DNA of 64,000 nucleotides from an uncultured Candidatus Saccharibacteria bacterium (GCA_964447415.1 CAYUSN010000001.1:121727-185726); one strand, 5' to 3'. Numbered from the stretch's first letter, positions 20,484 through 30,352 are shown. Program-made: numbers and translations. Notes: generated from the sequence alone by a model not told the origin.

Positions 20484-21173
20484 ATGGATATTCTCGGTTC
20501 AACAGGCGTCACGGTGGCAGGATCACTCTCATCGGTCTGGGCAGGAGTCATCGCATTTCTGCCGAAGCTGATCGTCGCCCTCATCGTCTTTATCGTCGGC
20601 TGGATTATCGCGTCACTGCTTGCAAAAGCGGTTGATCAGGTGCTCAAGTCGGTGAAACTCGACATGGCGCTTCGCAGCGCGGGTATGGAACAGACGCTCG
20701 CACGTGCAGGGTTCTCGCTCAATTCAGGCAAGTTCATCGGCGAGCTCGTCCGTTGGTTCATCATCGTGGTCTTCTTGATTGCCGCGCTTGAAATCGTCAA
20801 CCTCACACAGGTGACCGATTTCTTGAGCAACGTGGTCTTGGGCTACCTCCCGCAGGTGATTGTTGCGGTCCTCATCATGCTGGTCTCGGTGGTGATTGCG
20901 GAGGCGGTTCGCAAGCTCGTGATTGCGTCGGCAAAAGCAACACACATCAAGATGGCGGGATTCCTCGGTGCACTCTCGCGCTGGGCGATTCTTATCTTCG
21001 CGCTCCTGGTCGCGCTCTCACACCTCGGTATCGGCGTCATGTTTTTGCAGACGCTCTTCACCGGCGTGGTGATTGCACTTGCGCTCGCGTTCGGTCTCTC
21101 ATTCGGTCTTGGTGGTCAGCAGGCAGCTGCGCGCTACCTTGAGCACTTGGGCAACGAGATGAAACACGATTAA
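20484..21173 (+). CDS. Polytopic membrane protein with repeated conserved TM helices (MscS N-terminal-like).
   Basis: Several hydrophobic helices and an internal repeat (…LPKLIVALIVFIVGWIIASLLAKAV… / …LPQVIVAVLIMLVSVVIAEAVRKLV…). Confidence 0.55.
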   Translation: MDILGSTGVTVAGSLSSVWAGVIAFLPKLIVALIVFIVGWIIASLLAKAVDQVLKSVKLDMALRSAGMEQTLARAGFSLNSGKFIGELVRWFIIVVFLIAALEIVNLTQVTDFLSNVVLGYLPQVIVAVLIMLVSVVIAEAVRKLVIASAKATHIKMAGFLGALSRWAILIFALLVALSHLGIGVMFLQTLFTGVVIALALAFGLSFGLGGQQAAARYLEHLGNEMKHD

Positions 21174-21235
21174 GAAAAGCACGAAAGTCGAATATCGAAA
21201 TTCGAAAATCCGCCCGCGCTGTACAGCGCAGGCGG
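21174..21235. repeat. Half copy (left arm) of the palindromic intergenic repeat, followed by a GC hairpin AATCCGCCCGCGCTGTACAGCGCAGGCGGATT.
   Basis: AAGCACGAAAGTCGAATATCGAAATTCGAAAA matches the left-arm consensus of the copies at 12806, 31778 and 34806. Confidence 0.55.
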
Positions 21236-21302
21236 ATTCGTGTATCGTCGCAGATAGAAAAAACTGTTACACAAAACGCTGAATCGGCGAAAGGGGTTTC
21301 AA

Positions 21303-21908
21303 ATGACATATCAGACGGCGAAGTCGAGGGTGAATCGCGCGATCATGCTTCTGGTCGCCACGTTCTTCTGTTTTCTCGGCGTGCTCGCGCTGACCCTCAA
21401 GCGCGTTCTGCGTGCGGATGAAAGCGTCGTGACGTGGCGCCTGTTGGTTGCTCTGGTGCTTTTCGCTGCGGTGTGGATGCTGTGGCGCACTGTGCTCAAG
21501 AGAATCGACGAGTGTCATTCCATCGAGCGCGCGTGGAAGGAGAACATTGAAGGGTTTTCTCTTTTCATGTTCATCGTTGCGCACGAACTTCGCAAGGGTG
21601 AGGTATCCGCACTCTTGCATCTCTGGAGATTTCATTCGGAGAAACGTGCGACGCGCGAGTGGAGCGTGTATCAAATTGAGGATGCCGCGAAGACGTACCG
21701 CGACGGGTCGGAGGCGTTTCTGTTCGCAATCATTCGTATGTGCGGGTCGGGGCATCTGGACTTCTCCCCGAAGCACTACCACCACCTCGTCATCGGTGAG
21801 GAGTTGTGGGGTGTTGCAAAGAGGAGATATCCGATCTCGGGCTTCTCGGTCAAGCAGAGAAGCGAGCTCGAAGCAGCAGAACGGTCCGTCGAGACCGCTT
21901 CCGCCTGA
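21303..21908 (+). CDS. Hypothetical membrane protein, 201 aa, with two N-terminal TM helices.
   Basis: Preferred over the overlapping minus-strand ORF 21267-21974, which has R/P/H-rich antisense-like composition. Confidence 0.45.
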   Translation: MTYQTAKSRVNRAIMLLVATFFCFLGVLALTLKRVLRADESVVTWRLLVALVLFAAVWMLWRTVLKRIDECHSIERAWKENIEGFSLFMFIVAHELRKGEVSALLHLWRFHSEKRATREWSVYQIEDAAKTYRDGSEAFLFAIIRMCGSGHLDFSPKHYHHLVIGEELWGVAKRRYPISGFSVKQRSELEAAERSVETASA

Positions 21909-22012
21909 CGGTTGCAGCAGTTCTTTCACGGCAGTACACCGCTCTCTCCTTGGGGGCGGTGCTCCATTTTCCACAGGTAATGCACAAAACAGTCCGAAAA
22001 AGTTGACGAATT

Positions 22013-22041
22013 TAAAAAGTCCGTATAGTATAAGCGAGCTT
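22013..22041 (+). promoter_or_regulatory. Sigma70-like promoter for tuf: TTGACG-17-TAGTAT.
   Basis: Sequence match to the -35/-10 hexamers with 17-nt spacing, about 100 nt upstream of tuf. Confidence 0.4.
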
Positions 22042-22142
22042 ACACAATGCGCGCTTAGCGTATTTTTTGTCGGAAGCGTGCGCTTCTCGAGGGGTTAAAG
22101 TAGAGGGCCACTATTTTTAGCAACTTTTAGCATTCTACGTAT

Positions 22143-23345
22143 ATGGCAGCAGAATTTGATCGTTCGAAACCGCACGTCAACGTCGGAACCATCGGTCACG
22201 TTGACCACGGTAAGACGACTCTCACCGCAGCTATTCTCCACGTCCTGGACATGAACAAGGACAAGGGATACGGCGCACGCGTCGAAGGTATTGATAACAT
22301 CGACAAGGCACCGGAAGAGAAGGCGCGCGGTATTACTATCTCACTCCACCACTCGGAGTACTGGACGCCGAACCGTCACTACGCGCACATCGATGCGCCG
22401 GGACACGCGGACTACATCAAGAACATGATCACCGGTGCCGCTCAAATGGACGGCGCAGTCTTGGTGGTCGCAGCTCCGGACGGAGCGATGCCGCAGACCC
22501 GAGAGCACATCCTCTTGGCAAAGCAGGTTGGCGTTCCGAAAATGATCGTCTTCCTCAACAAGTGCGACATGGTTGCCGATGCGGAACTTATTGACCTCGT
22601 TGAAGAGGAAGTCCGCGAAATGCTTACGAAATACGGTTTTGACGGCAAGGAGACGCCGTTTGTTCGCGGTTCAGGCCTCAAAGCGCTTGAATCAAAGTCG
22701 GTTGACGACCCGGAGGCCATGAAGGTCCTCGAGCTCGTGCAGACGCTGGACACCTACATCACTGAGCCGGTTCGCGAGACGGACAAGCCGTTTCTCATGC
22801 CGGTTGAAGACATCTTCTCAATCGAAGGACGCGGCACCGTGGTGACCGGCCGTATCGAGCGTGGAGAAATCAAAGTGGGTCAGGACATCGAAGTCGTCGG
22901 ACTTGCGCCGACACAGAAGACGACGGTGACCGGTATCGAAATGTTCAACAAGTCGCTCAATGAGGGAAAGGCGGGCGACAACGCGGGAATTCTTCTCCGC
23001 GGTCTCAAGAAAGAGGATGTGACGCGAGGACAGGTCATTGCGGCTCCGGGTTCGGTAACACCGCACACGGACTTCGAGGCAGAAGTGCTCATTCTCACGA
23101 AAGATGAAGGCGGACGACACACACCGTTCGTCTCCGGCTACAAGCCGCAGTTCTACATCCGCACAACCGACGTTACCGGAGAGGTGACGCTCAATGAGGG
23201 TGTGCAGATGGTGATGCCTGGCGACACCGTTACATTCAAGGTGAAGCTCACGGCGCCGATTGCACTTGAAGCACAACAGCGTTTCGCTATCCGCGAGGGT
23301 GGCAAGACGGTGGGCGCAGGAGTCGTCACAAAGATTGTTGCGTAA
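22143..23345 (+). CDS. tuf: Elongation factor Tu.
   Basis: [18 protein letters not shown] and NKCD GTPase motifs and full-length EF-Tu conservation. Confidence 0.97.
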   Translation: MAAEFDRSKPHVNVGTIGHVDHGKTTLTAAILHVLDMNKDKGYGARVEGIDNIDKAPEEKARGITISLHHSEYWTPNRHYAHIDAPGHADYIKNMITGAAQMDGAVLVVAAPDGAMPQTREHILLAKQVGVPKMIVFLNKCDMVADAELIDLVEEEVREMLTKYGFDGKETPFVRGSGLKALESKSVDDPEAMKVLELVQTLDTYITEPVRETDKPFLMPVEDIFSIEGRGTVVTGRIERGEIKVGQDIEVVGLAPTQKTTVTGIEMFNKSLNEGKAGDNAGILLRGLKKEDVTRGQVIAAPGSVTPHTDFEAEVLILTKDEGGRHTPFVSGYKPQFYIRTTDVTGEVTLNEGVQMVMPGDTVTFKVKLTAPIALEAQQRFAIREGGKTVGAGVVTKIVA

Positions 23346-23349
23346 TTAA

Positions 23350-23480
23350 TCCAGCACACAACTTCCCGTCGTTGCTGATATCGCAAGATGTCTGCGAAGC
23401 GGGAAGTTGTCGTATCTGGAAAAAATTGTTACAATCGCTTCGTTCACCGCAACAAAGATAACGGGAAGTTGTGTGCTGGA
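23350..23480. repeat. Hairpin element, copy C. A perfect 19-bp inverted repeat TCCAGCACACAACTTCCCG…CGGGAAGTTGTGTGCTGGA encloses ~95 nt.
   Basis: Starts 4 nt after the tuf stop. The interior carries a degenerate third arm copy (CGGGAAGTTGTCGTATCTGGA) and a TTGTCG-17-TACAAT promoter-like motif facing rpsJ. Confidence 0.65.
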
Positions 23481-23517
23481 CATGCCTCAGTAATTGATAT
23501 ACAGTGTCCCGCGTAGT

Positions 23518-23886
23518 ATGAGTACTTTGAAACCAAAAACACCACGAAAGACGAAGAAAGAAAAAGCGCACGACGAGGCGCCGCACAAGCTGCGCATCCG
23601 CGTTCGTGCCTACGAACACAAACTGCTCGACGAATCGGTGAAGCAGATTATGGATACCGCGACGAAGTACGAAGCGGAAGTCATCGGCCCAATACCGCTT
23701 CCCACCGAGCGTTCAATGTATACGGTCAACCGCGGCGCATTCATCGATAAAAATGCGCGCGAACAGTTTGAAATACGCGTGCACAAACGGGTGCTTGATA
23801 TCACGAACCCGTCGCCGAAAGTGATTGAAGCGCTCACCTCGCTGTCGCTTCCCTCAGGAGTCAATATTGAAGTCAAAATGATGTAA
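23518..23886 (+). CDS. rpsJ: 30S ribosomal protein S10 with a Lys-rich N-terminal extension.
   Basis: KLRIRVRAYEHKLLD…GPIPLPT…EIRVHKRVLDI matches the S10 core. ATG at 23518 preferred over TTG at 23494. Confidence 0.85.
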   Translation: MSTLKPKTPRKTKKEKAHDEAPHKLRIRVRAYEHKLLDESVKQIMDTATKYEAEVIGPIPLPTERSMYTVNRGAFIDKNAREQFEIRVHKRVLDITNPSPKVIEALTSLSLPSGVNIEVKMM

Positions 23887-23887
23887 A

Positions 23888-23920
23888 CAAAAAACCACCC
23901 TACGAGGGGTGGCTTTTTGT
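23888..23920 (+). terminator. Intrinsic terminator (AAAAACCACCC-tacga-GGGGTGGCTTTTTGTT).
   Basis: Hairpin plus T tract directly after rpsJ. Confidence 0.55.
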
Positions 23921-23982
23921 TATGCACACGGAAGAAAAAATCGTTGCCAGGTGATTTTGAGGAAGTGCTATACTTACGGGAT

Positions 23983-26574
23983 ATGAAGTCATCACTATTT
24001 TTTATGCGGTTGGGAGTTATTTCAACCTCCGTAGTATTTTCACTTTTTTGTGTTGGTGTTTCTCATGCACAGGCAGCAACACTGTATTTTAATGGTGTAG
24101 TGAATTCAAATTGGAATACGTTGGGTAACTGGTGGACAGATGTAGGGTTCTCTGCGCCAGCAGGGAGTCTTCCAGGCGTGGGTGATGATGTGATTATTTC
24201 TGCTGACGTACTTTCAAATAGCGGTCCTGCGGCATCTGTAAACAGCATGCTGGTGAGTGGCCCCGCTGTTATAGGAATACCGGTAACCGTTGCAGTAGAT
24301 GCATCGTTTCATGACTCAAGCTCGCTCCGTAACCTTGTTATTGGTGACGCATGTTTTGCAACAACTGCAACAAACGGGCCGCGGTTTTTCGCAGGCCTGG
24401 GCCAGAGCAACAGGTCTTGGAGTAACTTTGCGGCGGCACCAAACGGTGATGTATATGGTGTTACGACTACTAATAATGAAATTTACAAACAAACAGGTGG
24501 TACGGGAGACTTTGTTGATTTGGGTATATTTATCTCCGGTGCATTTAGTATCGGCGTTGCACCAAATGGTAATGTGTATGCGGGCTCATACGGTGGTGAT
24601 ATGTATATGCAGACAGGGGGTGTGGGTAGCTTTGACGCTCTCAATCAAACTTTCAGAAATTGGTTAGGTATCACGGTGGCTCCAAACGGGGATGTATACG
24701 CCACGGGCTTTAACGAGGACATCTACAAACAAACATCTGGCGTGGGTGATTTTGTAGCTCTCGGACAGACTGTTCGTTCTTGGCAAACAATGGCGGCTGC
24801 ACCAAATGGTAATATTTATGCAATTGCAAATGATAATAAAATATACAAACAAACCTCCGGCATGGGAGATTTTGTTGATATAGGCGCACCAGTCAAATCG
24901 TGGTCTGGTATCACTATTGCTGCAAATGGGGACGTATATGCAAGTGTGTTTAACGGTGATATTTACGTACAATCAGGTGGTACTGGTGACTTCAATGCTC
25001 TCGGAGAAACATCGAGGAATTGGAGAGGTATGACAGTTGTCCCGAACGGTAACATTTATACTGGTGTTGTGGGTGGAGATGTATACATGCAGGATAATAG
25101 TGGTACAGTCACGGGGGCTACTACTGTTTGTTCCGCAGCGCTTCCTGTGGTCACGACATCAGCAACAACGTTGGGGATAAGTGGATCCACCTCACTGCTT
25201 TTAGGATCGATTGATGATACTGGTGGGGAAAGTATAAGTACACGGGGTTTTGAATACGGCCTGACAGAAAGTTATGGAGCCGCAACGTCTGAATCAGGGG
25301 TTTTTAACTCTGGCTCCTATAGTTTTTTTGCGGAGAACTTAACATGTGGCAGCGCCTATCATTTTCGAGCATTTGCTACGAATGGGGTAGGAACTGCTTA
25401 CGGTGCGGATGAAACATTTACCACACCAGCCTGTTCATCGGACAGCACTCTTTATGGCATTGATGGTTCGGGTAGTAATTCTGATGACCCACAACTGTAT
25501 GTGCTTGACCCTCTTACGGGTCTGAAGATAGAAACAATTGGACCGGTTGGTTTCTATGTCACCGGAATGGCATTTGACCCTACAACGGGTATTTTGTATG
25601 GAAGTACGGGAGGAAGTGGAATTAATTCAAAAAGTTTGATTACCATAAATACAGAGACAGGAAACGGAACATATCTTGGTGCTATTAAGAATGCGGGAAA
25701 TACATCACTGAATATGCCAGATATCACCTTCCGTTCAGATGGTAGATTATACGGATGGTATGGAAATGATAGTAGTCTCTACACAATCGATTTGACTTCT
25801 TGTGATGGAGTTGATGTCTCCTGTCTCGCAACAAAAGTTGGAGATTCGGGCTTAAGTAGCAACGGTGGCAACGGGCTCGCATTTGATAGTAATGATACCT
25901 TATTTCAATTTGGGAATTATGACGATAGTTATTATCAGATAAATCCAGACACTGGGGAGTCCGTTGCCGAATTCTCATTTACAAATCCTACTGGGGATAG
26001 TCATCCTATAGCGGCAGCCTCTTTCAATCAAAGTGACACTCTCTATCTTTCTCGGTTGTATTACGGAAGCCCAGGAGATTTAGTGATAGTTAACACCGAT
26101 ACGTATGAAATATTTTCTACAGGTGAGAATAATGATGAGATGGCTTACATGGACGCAATTGCGTTTTATATTCCTCCCGACACCACCGCCCCTGTCATCA
26201 CTATTCTCGGCGACAATCCAACCACTATCACCGTTGGTGATACATACACCGACGCAGGAGCAACAGCAGAAGATGATACCGACGGTGATATTACTGGAGA
26301 CATTGTGACAACCAACAACGTCAACGCTGCAGTTGCCGGTACGTACACGGTTGTCTATGATGTATCTGACACGGCACTCAATACTGCATCTGCAGAACGA
26401 ACGGTTATTGTGAATGAAGAAGAATCGAGTGGTGGAGGAAGTAGCAGACGCCGTGACGTTGCCGACGAACCCGTTAATTCTTCACCTACAACTCAAACAC
26501 CACTCGAGCAGCTTCTACTGGAACTCATTGAAGCACTCAAACTGCTCATTGCTGAGTTGATGAAAACACGGTAA
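23983..26574 (+). CDS. Large secreted protein: ~45-aa beta-propeller-type repeats, an FN3-like domain, a second propeller-like region, a bacterial Ig-like (DUF5011-type) domain and the shared C-terminal motif.
   Basis: Signal peptide MKSSLFFMRLGVISTSVVFSLFCVGVSHAQA. Repeats of the form …APNG(D/N)VYA…DIYKQTSG.GDFV.LG…. C-terminal …SSGGGSSRRR…LLELIEALKLLIAELMKTR. Confidence 0.7.
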   Translation: MKSSLFFMRLGVISTSVVFSLFCVGVSHAQAATLYFNGVVNSNWNTLGNWWTDVGFSAPAGSLPGVGDDVIISADVLSNSGPAASVNSMLVSGPAVIGIPVTVAVDASFHDSSSLRNLVIGDACFATTATNGPRFFAGLGQSNRSWSNFAAAPNGDVYGVTTTNNEIYKQTGGTGDFVDLGIFISGAFSIGVAPNGNVYAGSYGGDMYMQTGGVGSFDALNQTFRNWLGITVAPNGDVYATGFNEDIYKQTSGVGDFVALGQTVRSWQTMAAAPNGNIYAIANDNKIYKQTSGMGDFVDIGAPVKSWSGITIAANGDVYASVFNGDIYVQSGGTGDFNALGETSRNWRGMTVVPNGNIYTGVVGGDVYMQDNSGTVTGATTVCSAALPVVTTSATTLGISGSTSLLLGSIDDTGGESISTRGFEYGLTESYGAATSESGVFNSGSYSFFAENLTCGSAYHFRAFATNGVGTAYGADETFTTPACSSDSTLYGIDGSGSNSDDPQLYVLDPLTGLKIETIGPVGFYVTGMAFDPTTGILYGSTGGSGINSKSLITINTETGNGTYLGAIKNAGNTSLNMPDITFRSDGRLYGWYGNDSSLYTIDLTSCDGVDVSCLATKVGDSGLSSNGGNGLAFDSNDTLFQFGNYDDSYYQINPDTGESVAEFSFTNPTGDSHPIAAASFNQSDTLYLSRLYYGSPGDLVIVNTDTYEIFSTGENNDEMAYMDAIAFYIPPDTTAPVITILGDNPTTITVGDTYTDAGATAEDDTDGDITGDIVTTNNVNAAVAGTYTVVYDVSDTALNTASAERTVIVNEEESSGGGSSRRRDVADEPVNSSPTTQTPLEQLLLELIEALKLLIAELMKTR

Positions 26575-26580
26575 CGCAAG

Positions 26581-26612
26581 ACCCGCCCGAAAGGGCGGGT
26601 TTTCATATTTTT
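26581..26612 (+). terminator. Intrinsic terminator (ACCCGCCC-gaaa-GGGCGGGT then TTTCATATTTTT).
   Basis: GC hairpin plus T tract. Confidence 0.55.
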
Positions 26613-26674
26613 GACTCTGTCAAAAGACTAGCGTATAGTCCCCACAGGAACACCGAATACAAAGGGAGGTTAAC

Positions 26675-26923
26675 ATGAGCGAAGAGTTCAACCCGTACGG
26701 GGGAGACGAGTACATGGACGATGTCGCGCTACTCCTGAACAGGCTTGCTGCTCGTTGCACGGGGTGCAAACGTGTCACCAAGAACAAGTTCTTGAAGGAG
26801 GGCAGATGCCCTGTCTGTCGTGGTGCGACGCACGAAGAAGTAGGACGACGTGACCACGGTTCCAATGGCGGTCGGCGTTGCGACACCAACTTCGGTCCCT
26901 GCTCCTGCGGCGCCTGGCACTGA
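26675..26923 (+). CDS. Small zinc-ribbon protein, 82 aa (CxxC…CPVC plus C-terminal CSCG). GC-rich.
   Basis: Strong Shine-Dalgarno AAGGGAGG 6 nt upstream. TTGACT-17-TATAGT promoter at 26611-26639. About 60% GC. Confidence 0.5.
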   Translation: MSEEFNPYGGDEYMDDVALLLNRLAARCTGCKRVTKNKFLKEGRCPVCRGATHEEVGRRDHGSNGGRRCDTNFGPCSCGAWH

Positions 26924-26974
26924 GAAGATGTTCACCGCTTTCCCCCCATGCCCGCGGCTTCTGCCGCGGGCGTC

Positions 26975-27003
26975 TTGCATCTAAAACAACGCTCATGTAT
27001 AGT
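26975..27003 (+). promoter_or_regulatory. Promoter for rplC (TTGCAT-17-TATAGT), followed by a structured ~90-nt leader.
   Basis: Hexamer match. The downstream leader contains a nested inverted repeat GGACACTACCGGCCCTGCCGGACCACAGTGTCC. Confidence 0.4.
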
Positions 27004-27094
27004 GTCTCCCGTTACGCTCCACGTCCCCATAGGGACCACTGGACACTACCGGCCCTGCCGGACCACAGTGTCCGAGCAGGGCGAATCAGTTTCT

Positions 27095-27697
27095 ATGCAG
27101 AAATTTCTCATCGGTACAAAACAGGAAATGACGCAAATCTTCGACGAGAAGGGTGTCGTGCACCCGGGCACCGTCATTTCGCTTTTTCCCGCAGCCGTGA
27201 CACAAATGAAAGCAACCGACACCGACGGGTACACCGCGGTGCAAATCGGTTACGGCGCAAAGAAAGAATCAAAAGTGAACCGCGCGCAGAAAGCGAAAGG
27301 TGCATTTACGGCATTCAAAGAATTTCGCGTTGATGACCCGTCTGCGTTTGCAGTCGGTACGGCAATTGATCCGAATGTGTTTGCAGTCGGTGACACGGTC
27401 ACTGTTGCGGGCGTATCAAAAGCAAAAGGATTTCAGGGTGTGGTGAAGCGTCACGGGTTCCACGGCGGCCGCCGCACGCACGGCCAGAAGCACTCAGAGC
27501 GCGAGCCGGGTTCCATCGGCGCCGGCGGTGTGCAGCGCGTACCCAAAGGACGCCGCATGGCAGGACGCATGGGCGGCGAGCGCATCTCAGTTAAGAATCT
27601 CCGCGTGCTCCAGATTGATCCGTCAGCCAATGTGCTGGTGGTCTCAGGTGCAATCCCGGGACGCCGCGGTACGGTGGTTGAAATCATCGCGCAGTAA
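27095..27697 (+). CDS. rplC: 50S ribosomal protein L3.
   Basis: MQKFLIGTKQEMTQIF… start and L3 conservation. The longer ORF from 26948 is an upstream artefact. Confidence 0.9.
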   Translation: MQKFLIGTKQEMTQIFDEKGVVHPGTVISLFPAAVTQMKATDTDGYTAVQIGYGAKKESKVNRAQKAKGAFTAFKEFRVDDPSAFAVGTAIDPNVFAVGDTVTVAGVSKAKGFQGVVKRHGFHGGRRTHGQKHSEREPGSIGAGGVQRVPKGRRMAGRMGGERISVKNLRVLQIDPSANVLVVSGAIPGRRGTVVEIIAQ

Positions 27698-27705
27698 TTG
27701 TTCTA

Positions 27706-28472
27706 TGGAAAAGAAAATCGTAAAAAAGAAAATCGTGAAGAAGACAGCGGCAAAAACGCGCGCCGTTAAAGCGGAGAAAAAAGCAAAAGCATCCACAGGC
27801 GAGCTTTCAGCGCCGATGTTTACAGTTGCAGGAAAAGAAGCGGGGAAAGTAACGCTTCCCGCAAGTGTCTTCGGTGTCACATGGAACGCGGACTTGGTGC
27901 ACCAGGTTACCTTGGGCATGCAGGCAAACGCACGCGCAGGACTCGGACGCGCACACACGAAAGGACGCGGTGAAGTACGCGGTGGAGGACGCAAGCCGTG
28001 GCGACAGAAGGGAACCGGACGCGCACGACACGGTTCTTCACGCTCACCGATATGGCGCGGCGGAGGAGTGACGCACGGACCGCGCGCGGACAAAGAATAC
28101 GCGGTGCGGATTCCCCGAAAGATGCGCGCGAAGGCGCTCTTCTCGGTGCTCTCACGAAAATTCCGCGACGGTCAGCTTCTCTTTGTGGATGCGATGCCGT
28201 TTGCAACGCCAAAAACAGGCGATGCCAAGAAAGCACTCGACACGCTTGCAAAAGTCGCGGGCTTTGAAAAACTTTCACGAAAGAGCGGGAATGCGGTGCT
28301 GTTTGTGATGCCGAAAAACGACGAGGCGGTGAAGAAGAGCTTCCGCAACATCGGCACGACCGGCGTGGAGGAGGCGCGCAACTTAAACGCGGTAGACGCA
28401 CTCTCATTTACGTATCTCGTTATTGTCGACCCCGATACGTCGGTGAAAGGGTTTGAATCAAAAATGAACTAA
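27706..28472 (+). CDS. rplD: 50S ribosomal protein L4, with a Lys-rich N-terminal extension.
   Basis: L4 core (…KPWRQKGTGRARHGS…). Gene order matches the S10 operon. Confidence 0.9.
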
Positions 28473-28473
28473 T

Positions 28474-28932
28474 ATGCTGTTTCGTAAAAAAGACAACTCA
28501 AGCGGTGCAAAAGCGAAGACCTCGCTGTTTGCAAAGCGCGCCACAAAGGAAGTCGCCGACGTCAAAGAAGAGGAGGCAAAAGAACTTCCGGCGGTCAAAG
28601 GCGGCAAGCACGTGACGGAGAAGAAAAATCTCAAGCAGACCATTGCCGGCGGGAAGGTGAACCCGAACTTTTTGCGCAGCCCGCGTGTGACCGAAAAAGG
28701 AACGATGCTTGCCGCACACAACGTGTACGTATTTGATGTGGCGCGTGAGTCGAACAAAAAACTTATCGCCGCGGCCGTGAAAGACGTCTACAATGTGACG
28801 CCGGTATCGGTGCGCATCGTAAACGTGCCGGCAAAAATGAAAGTATCGCGCCGCGGACTGAAGACAAAAATAGGCGGAGGCAAAAAAGCGTATGTGCAAC
28901 TGAAGAAGGGCGACACCATCGAGCTCGTGTAA
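28474..28932 (+). CDS. rplW: 50S ribosomal protein L23, with an N-terminal extension.
   Basis: L23 core (…RSPRVTEKG…VYVFDVA…) and operon position. Confidence 0.88.
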   Translation: MLFRKKDNSSGAKAKTSLFAKRATKEVADVKEEEAKELPAVKGGKHVTEKKNLKQTIAGGKVNPNFLRSPRVTEKGTMLAAHNVYVFDVARESNKKLIAAAVKDVYNVTPVSVRIVNVPAKMKVSRRGLKTKIGGGKKAYVQLKKGDTIELV

Positions 28933-28942
28933 TACACCGACT

Positions 28943-29794
28943 ATGAAATCATACAAACCAACAAGCAAAGGACGCCGCGGCATGACCGGTATCGAATACC
29001 GGAAACACCTGACGCGCAGCACGCCGCACAAGCCGCTTACCGGCGGATTTAAGCGTTCCTCGGGACGAAACGCGTTCGGTCGGCTCACCACACGCTCCAT
29101 CGGCGGCGGTCACAAACGACGCTTCCGCGACATTGATTTCTCATACGACAAAAAAGATATTCCGGCGCGCGTTGAATCAATTGAATACGATCCGAACCGC
29201 ACCGGTTTTATCGCGCTGTTGGTGTTTTCAGATGGTGCGCGCCGCTACATTCTTGCGCCGCAGTCGATGAAAGTCGGCGCAACATTCCTCGCGTCTGAAA
29301 AAGCACCGCTTATTCCCGGCAACCGTCTTCCGCTTGCAAAAATTCCCGTCGGTACGTTTGTGTACAACATCGAAGCAAAGCAAAACGGCGGTGCAAAGAT
29401 CGCGCGTTCGGCGGGGAACTACGCGGAAGTGGTTGCACACGACGGCGGATACACGCTTATCAAAATGCCGTCAACGGAAATTCGGCGCGCATCAGAAAAA
29501 TCATGGGCATCAATCGGAGAAGTCTCGAATCCTGAAAACAAACTCGTGAATCTCGGTAAGGCCGGTCGCAAGCGCTGGCTCGGCAAGAAGCCGAAAGTCC
29601 GCGGTACGGCGATGAACCCGGTTGACCACCCGCACGGAGGAGGTGAGGGACGTCAGGGACGCGGTCACCGACGCGCACGCACACGTCACGGTAAAAACAC
29701 AGGCAAAGGACACAAGACGCGCCGTCCGAAAAAATACTCAAACTTCCTCATCGTCTCGCGCCGCAAAGTCGGCAAGAAACGAAAGGCAAACTAA
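28943..29794 (+). CDS. rplB: 50S ribosomal protein L2.
   Basis: L2 signatures (…GRN..GRIT.RH.GGGHKR…NPVDHPHGGGEGR…). Confidence 0.95.
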   Translation: MKSYKPTSKGRRGMTGIEYRKHLTRSTPHKPLTGGFKRSSGRNAFGRLTTRSIGGGHKRRFRDIDFSYDKKDIPARVESIEYDPNRTGFIALLVFSDGARRYILAPQSMKVGATFLASEKAPLIPGNRLPLAKIPVGTFVYNIEAKQNGGAKIARSAGNYAEVVAHDGGYTLIKMPSTEIRRASEKSWASIGEVSNPENKLVNLGKAGRKRWLGKKPKVRGTAMNPVDHPHGGGEGRQGRGHRRARTRHGKNTGKGHKTRRPKKYSNFLIVSRRKVGKKRKAN

Positions 29795-29802
29795 TACACA
29801 AC

Positions 29803-29839
29803 ACACGCCCCGGCAAAAGCCGGGGCGTGTTTCTTTTTT
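29803..29839 (+). terminator. Intrinsic terminator after rplB (ACACGCCCCGG-caaaag-CCGGGGCGTGT then TTCTTTTTT).
   Basis: 11-bp GC stem plus T tract. Unusual inside an S10 operon. Confidence 0.6.
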
Positions 29840-29906
29840 ATATAAAGCAGAAAGGGCGCCGTACGTTCACGACGCCCTCAATGGGATTTCCGAGACCGGG
29901 GTGGTG

Positions 29907-30095
29907 TTAGATGGCCGCGATCGTGATCGAAGCGATCGCCAGCGTCAGCCAGACGCCGCGGTACCGGCCTTCCTTCGGCCGGACGTTGAGCGTGGGGAAG
30001 ACCCCCTGCTTCACCTCCGCGACGACGAACTCTCCGTTCGGGTCCCACTTGACCCGATAGACCCCCGGACGTACTGCATTGTACTCGGAGCGCAT
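29907..30095 (-). CDS. Small GC-rich membrane-anchored protein, 62 aa, on the strand opposite the ribosomal operon.
   Basis: GGAGGG Shine-Dalgarno 7 nt upstream of ATG. C-terminal TM helix ([16 protein letters not shown]). About 62% GC. The longer 86-aa ORF reaches 30167. Confidence 0.4.
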   Translation of the reverse strand: MRSEYNAVRPGVYRVKWDPNGEFVVAEVKQGVFPTLNVRPKEGRYRGVWLTLAIASITIAAI

Positions 30096-30245
30096 CCCGT
30101 TACCCTCCAGGCTCTCTTTTCCACGGAATGTGGAGAAGAGTACTTCTACAGCTGACTTTACATACAATTTTCATAAAGCGCAAGACCACTGTGTATTACC
30201 TGTGGAAAGACGGCTTCTTTGAGGGCGTTTTTGGCACCGCAACAT

Positions 30246-30274
30246 TTGACCGTGGGGTATGCTTCTGGTACTAT
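30246..30274 (+). promoter_or_regulatory. Promoter for rpsS (TTGACC-17-TACTAT). A 10-bp perfect palindrome GTCGAAAAAC-ttg-GTTTTTCGAC lies downstream at 30315-30337.
   Basis: Hexamer match. The palindrome sits in the 5' UTR. Confidence 0.4.
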
Positions 30275-30352
30275 GCCTCGAAGGCCGGTGGGCCATTTTT
30301 TTGGCGCTTAGCGCCGTCGAAAAACTTGTTTTTCGACCATTCAAAAGAATCA

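Noticed and set aside
21267-21974. 235-aa minus-strand ORF.
   Set aside because: R/P/H-rich antisense-like composition. The plus-strand ORF 21303-21908 has TM helices and a more protein-like sequence.
21909-22142. Looked for the tRNA genes that often precede tuf (Thr/Tyr/Gly/Thr), and scanned other gaps for tRNAs.
   Set aside because: No cloverleaf or GTTCRANYC T-loop signature found by eye anywhere in the window. A tRNAscan run would be needed to be sure.
29622-30155. 177-aa plus-strand ORF spanning the rplB 3' end and the spacer.
   Set aside because: Arg-rich translation of the rplB alternate frame. It overlaps the rplB terminator. The minus-strand small gene with a Shine-Dalgarno is more plausible, though still uncertain.
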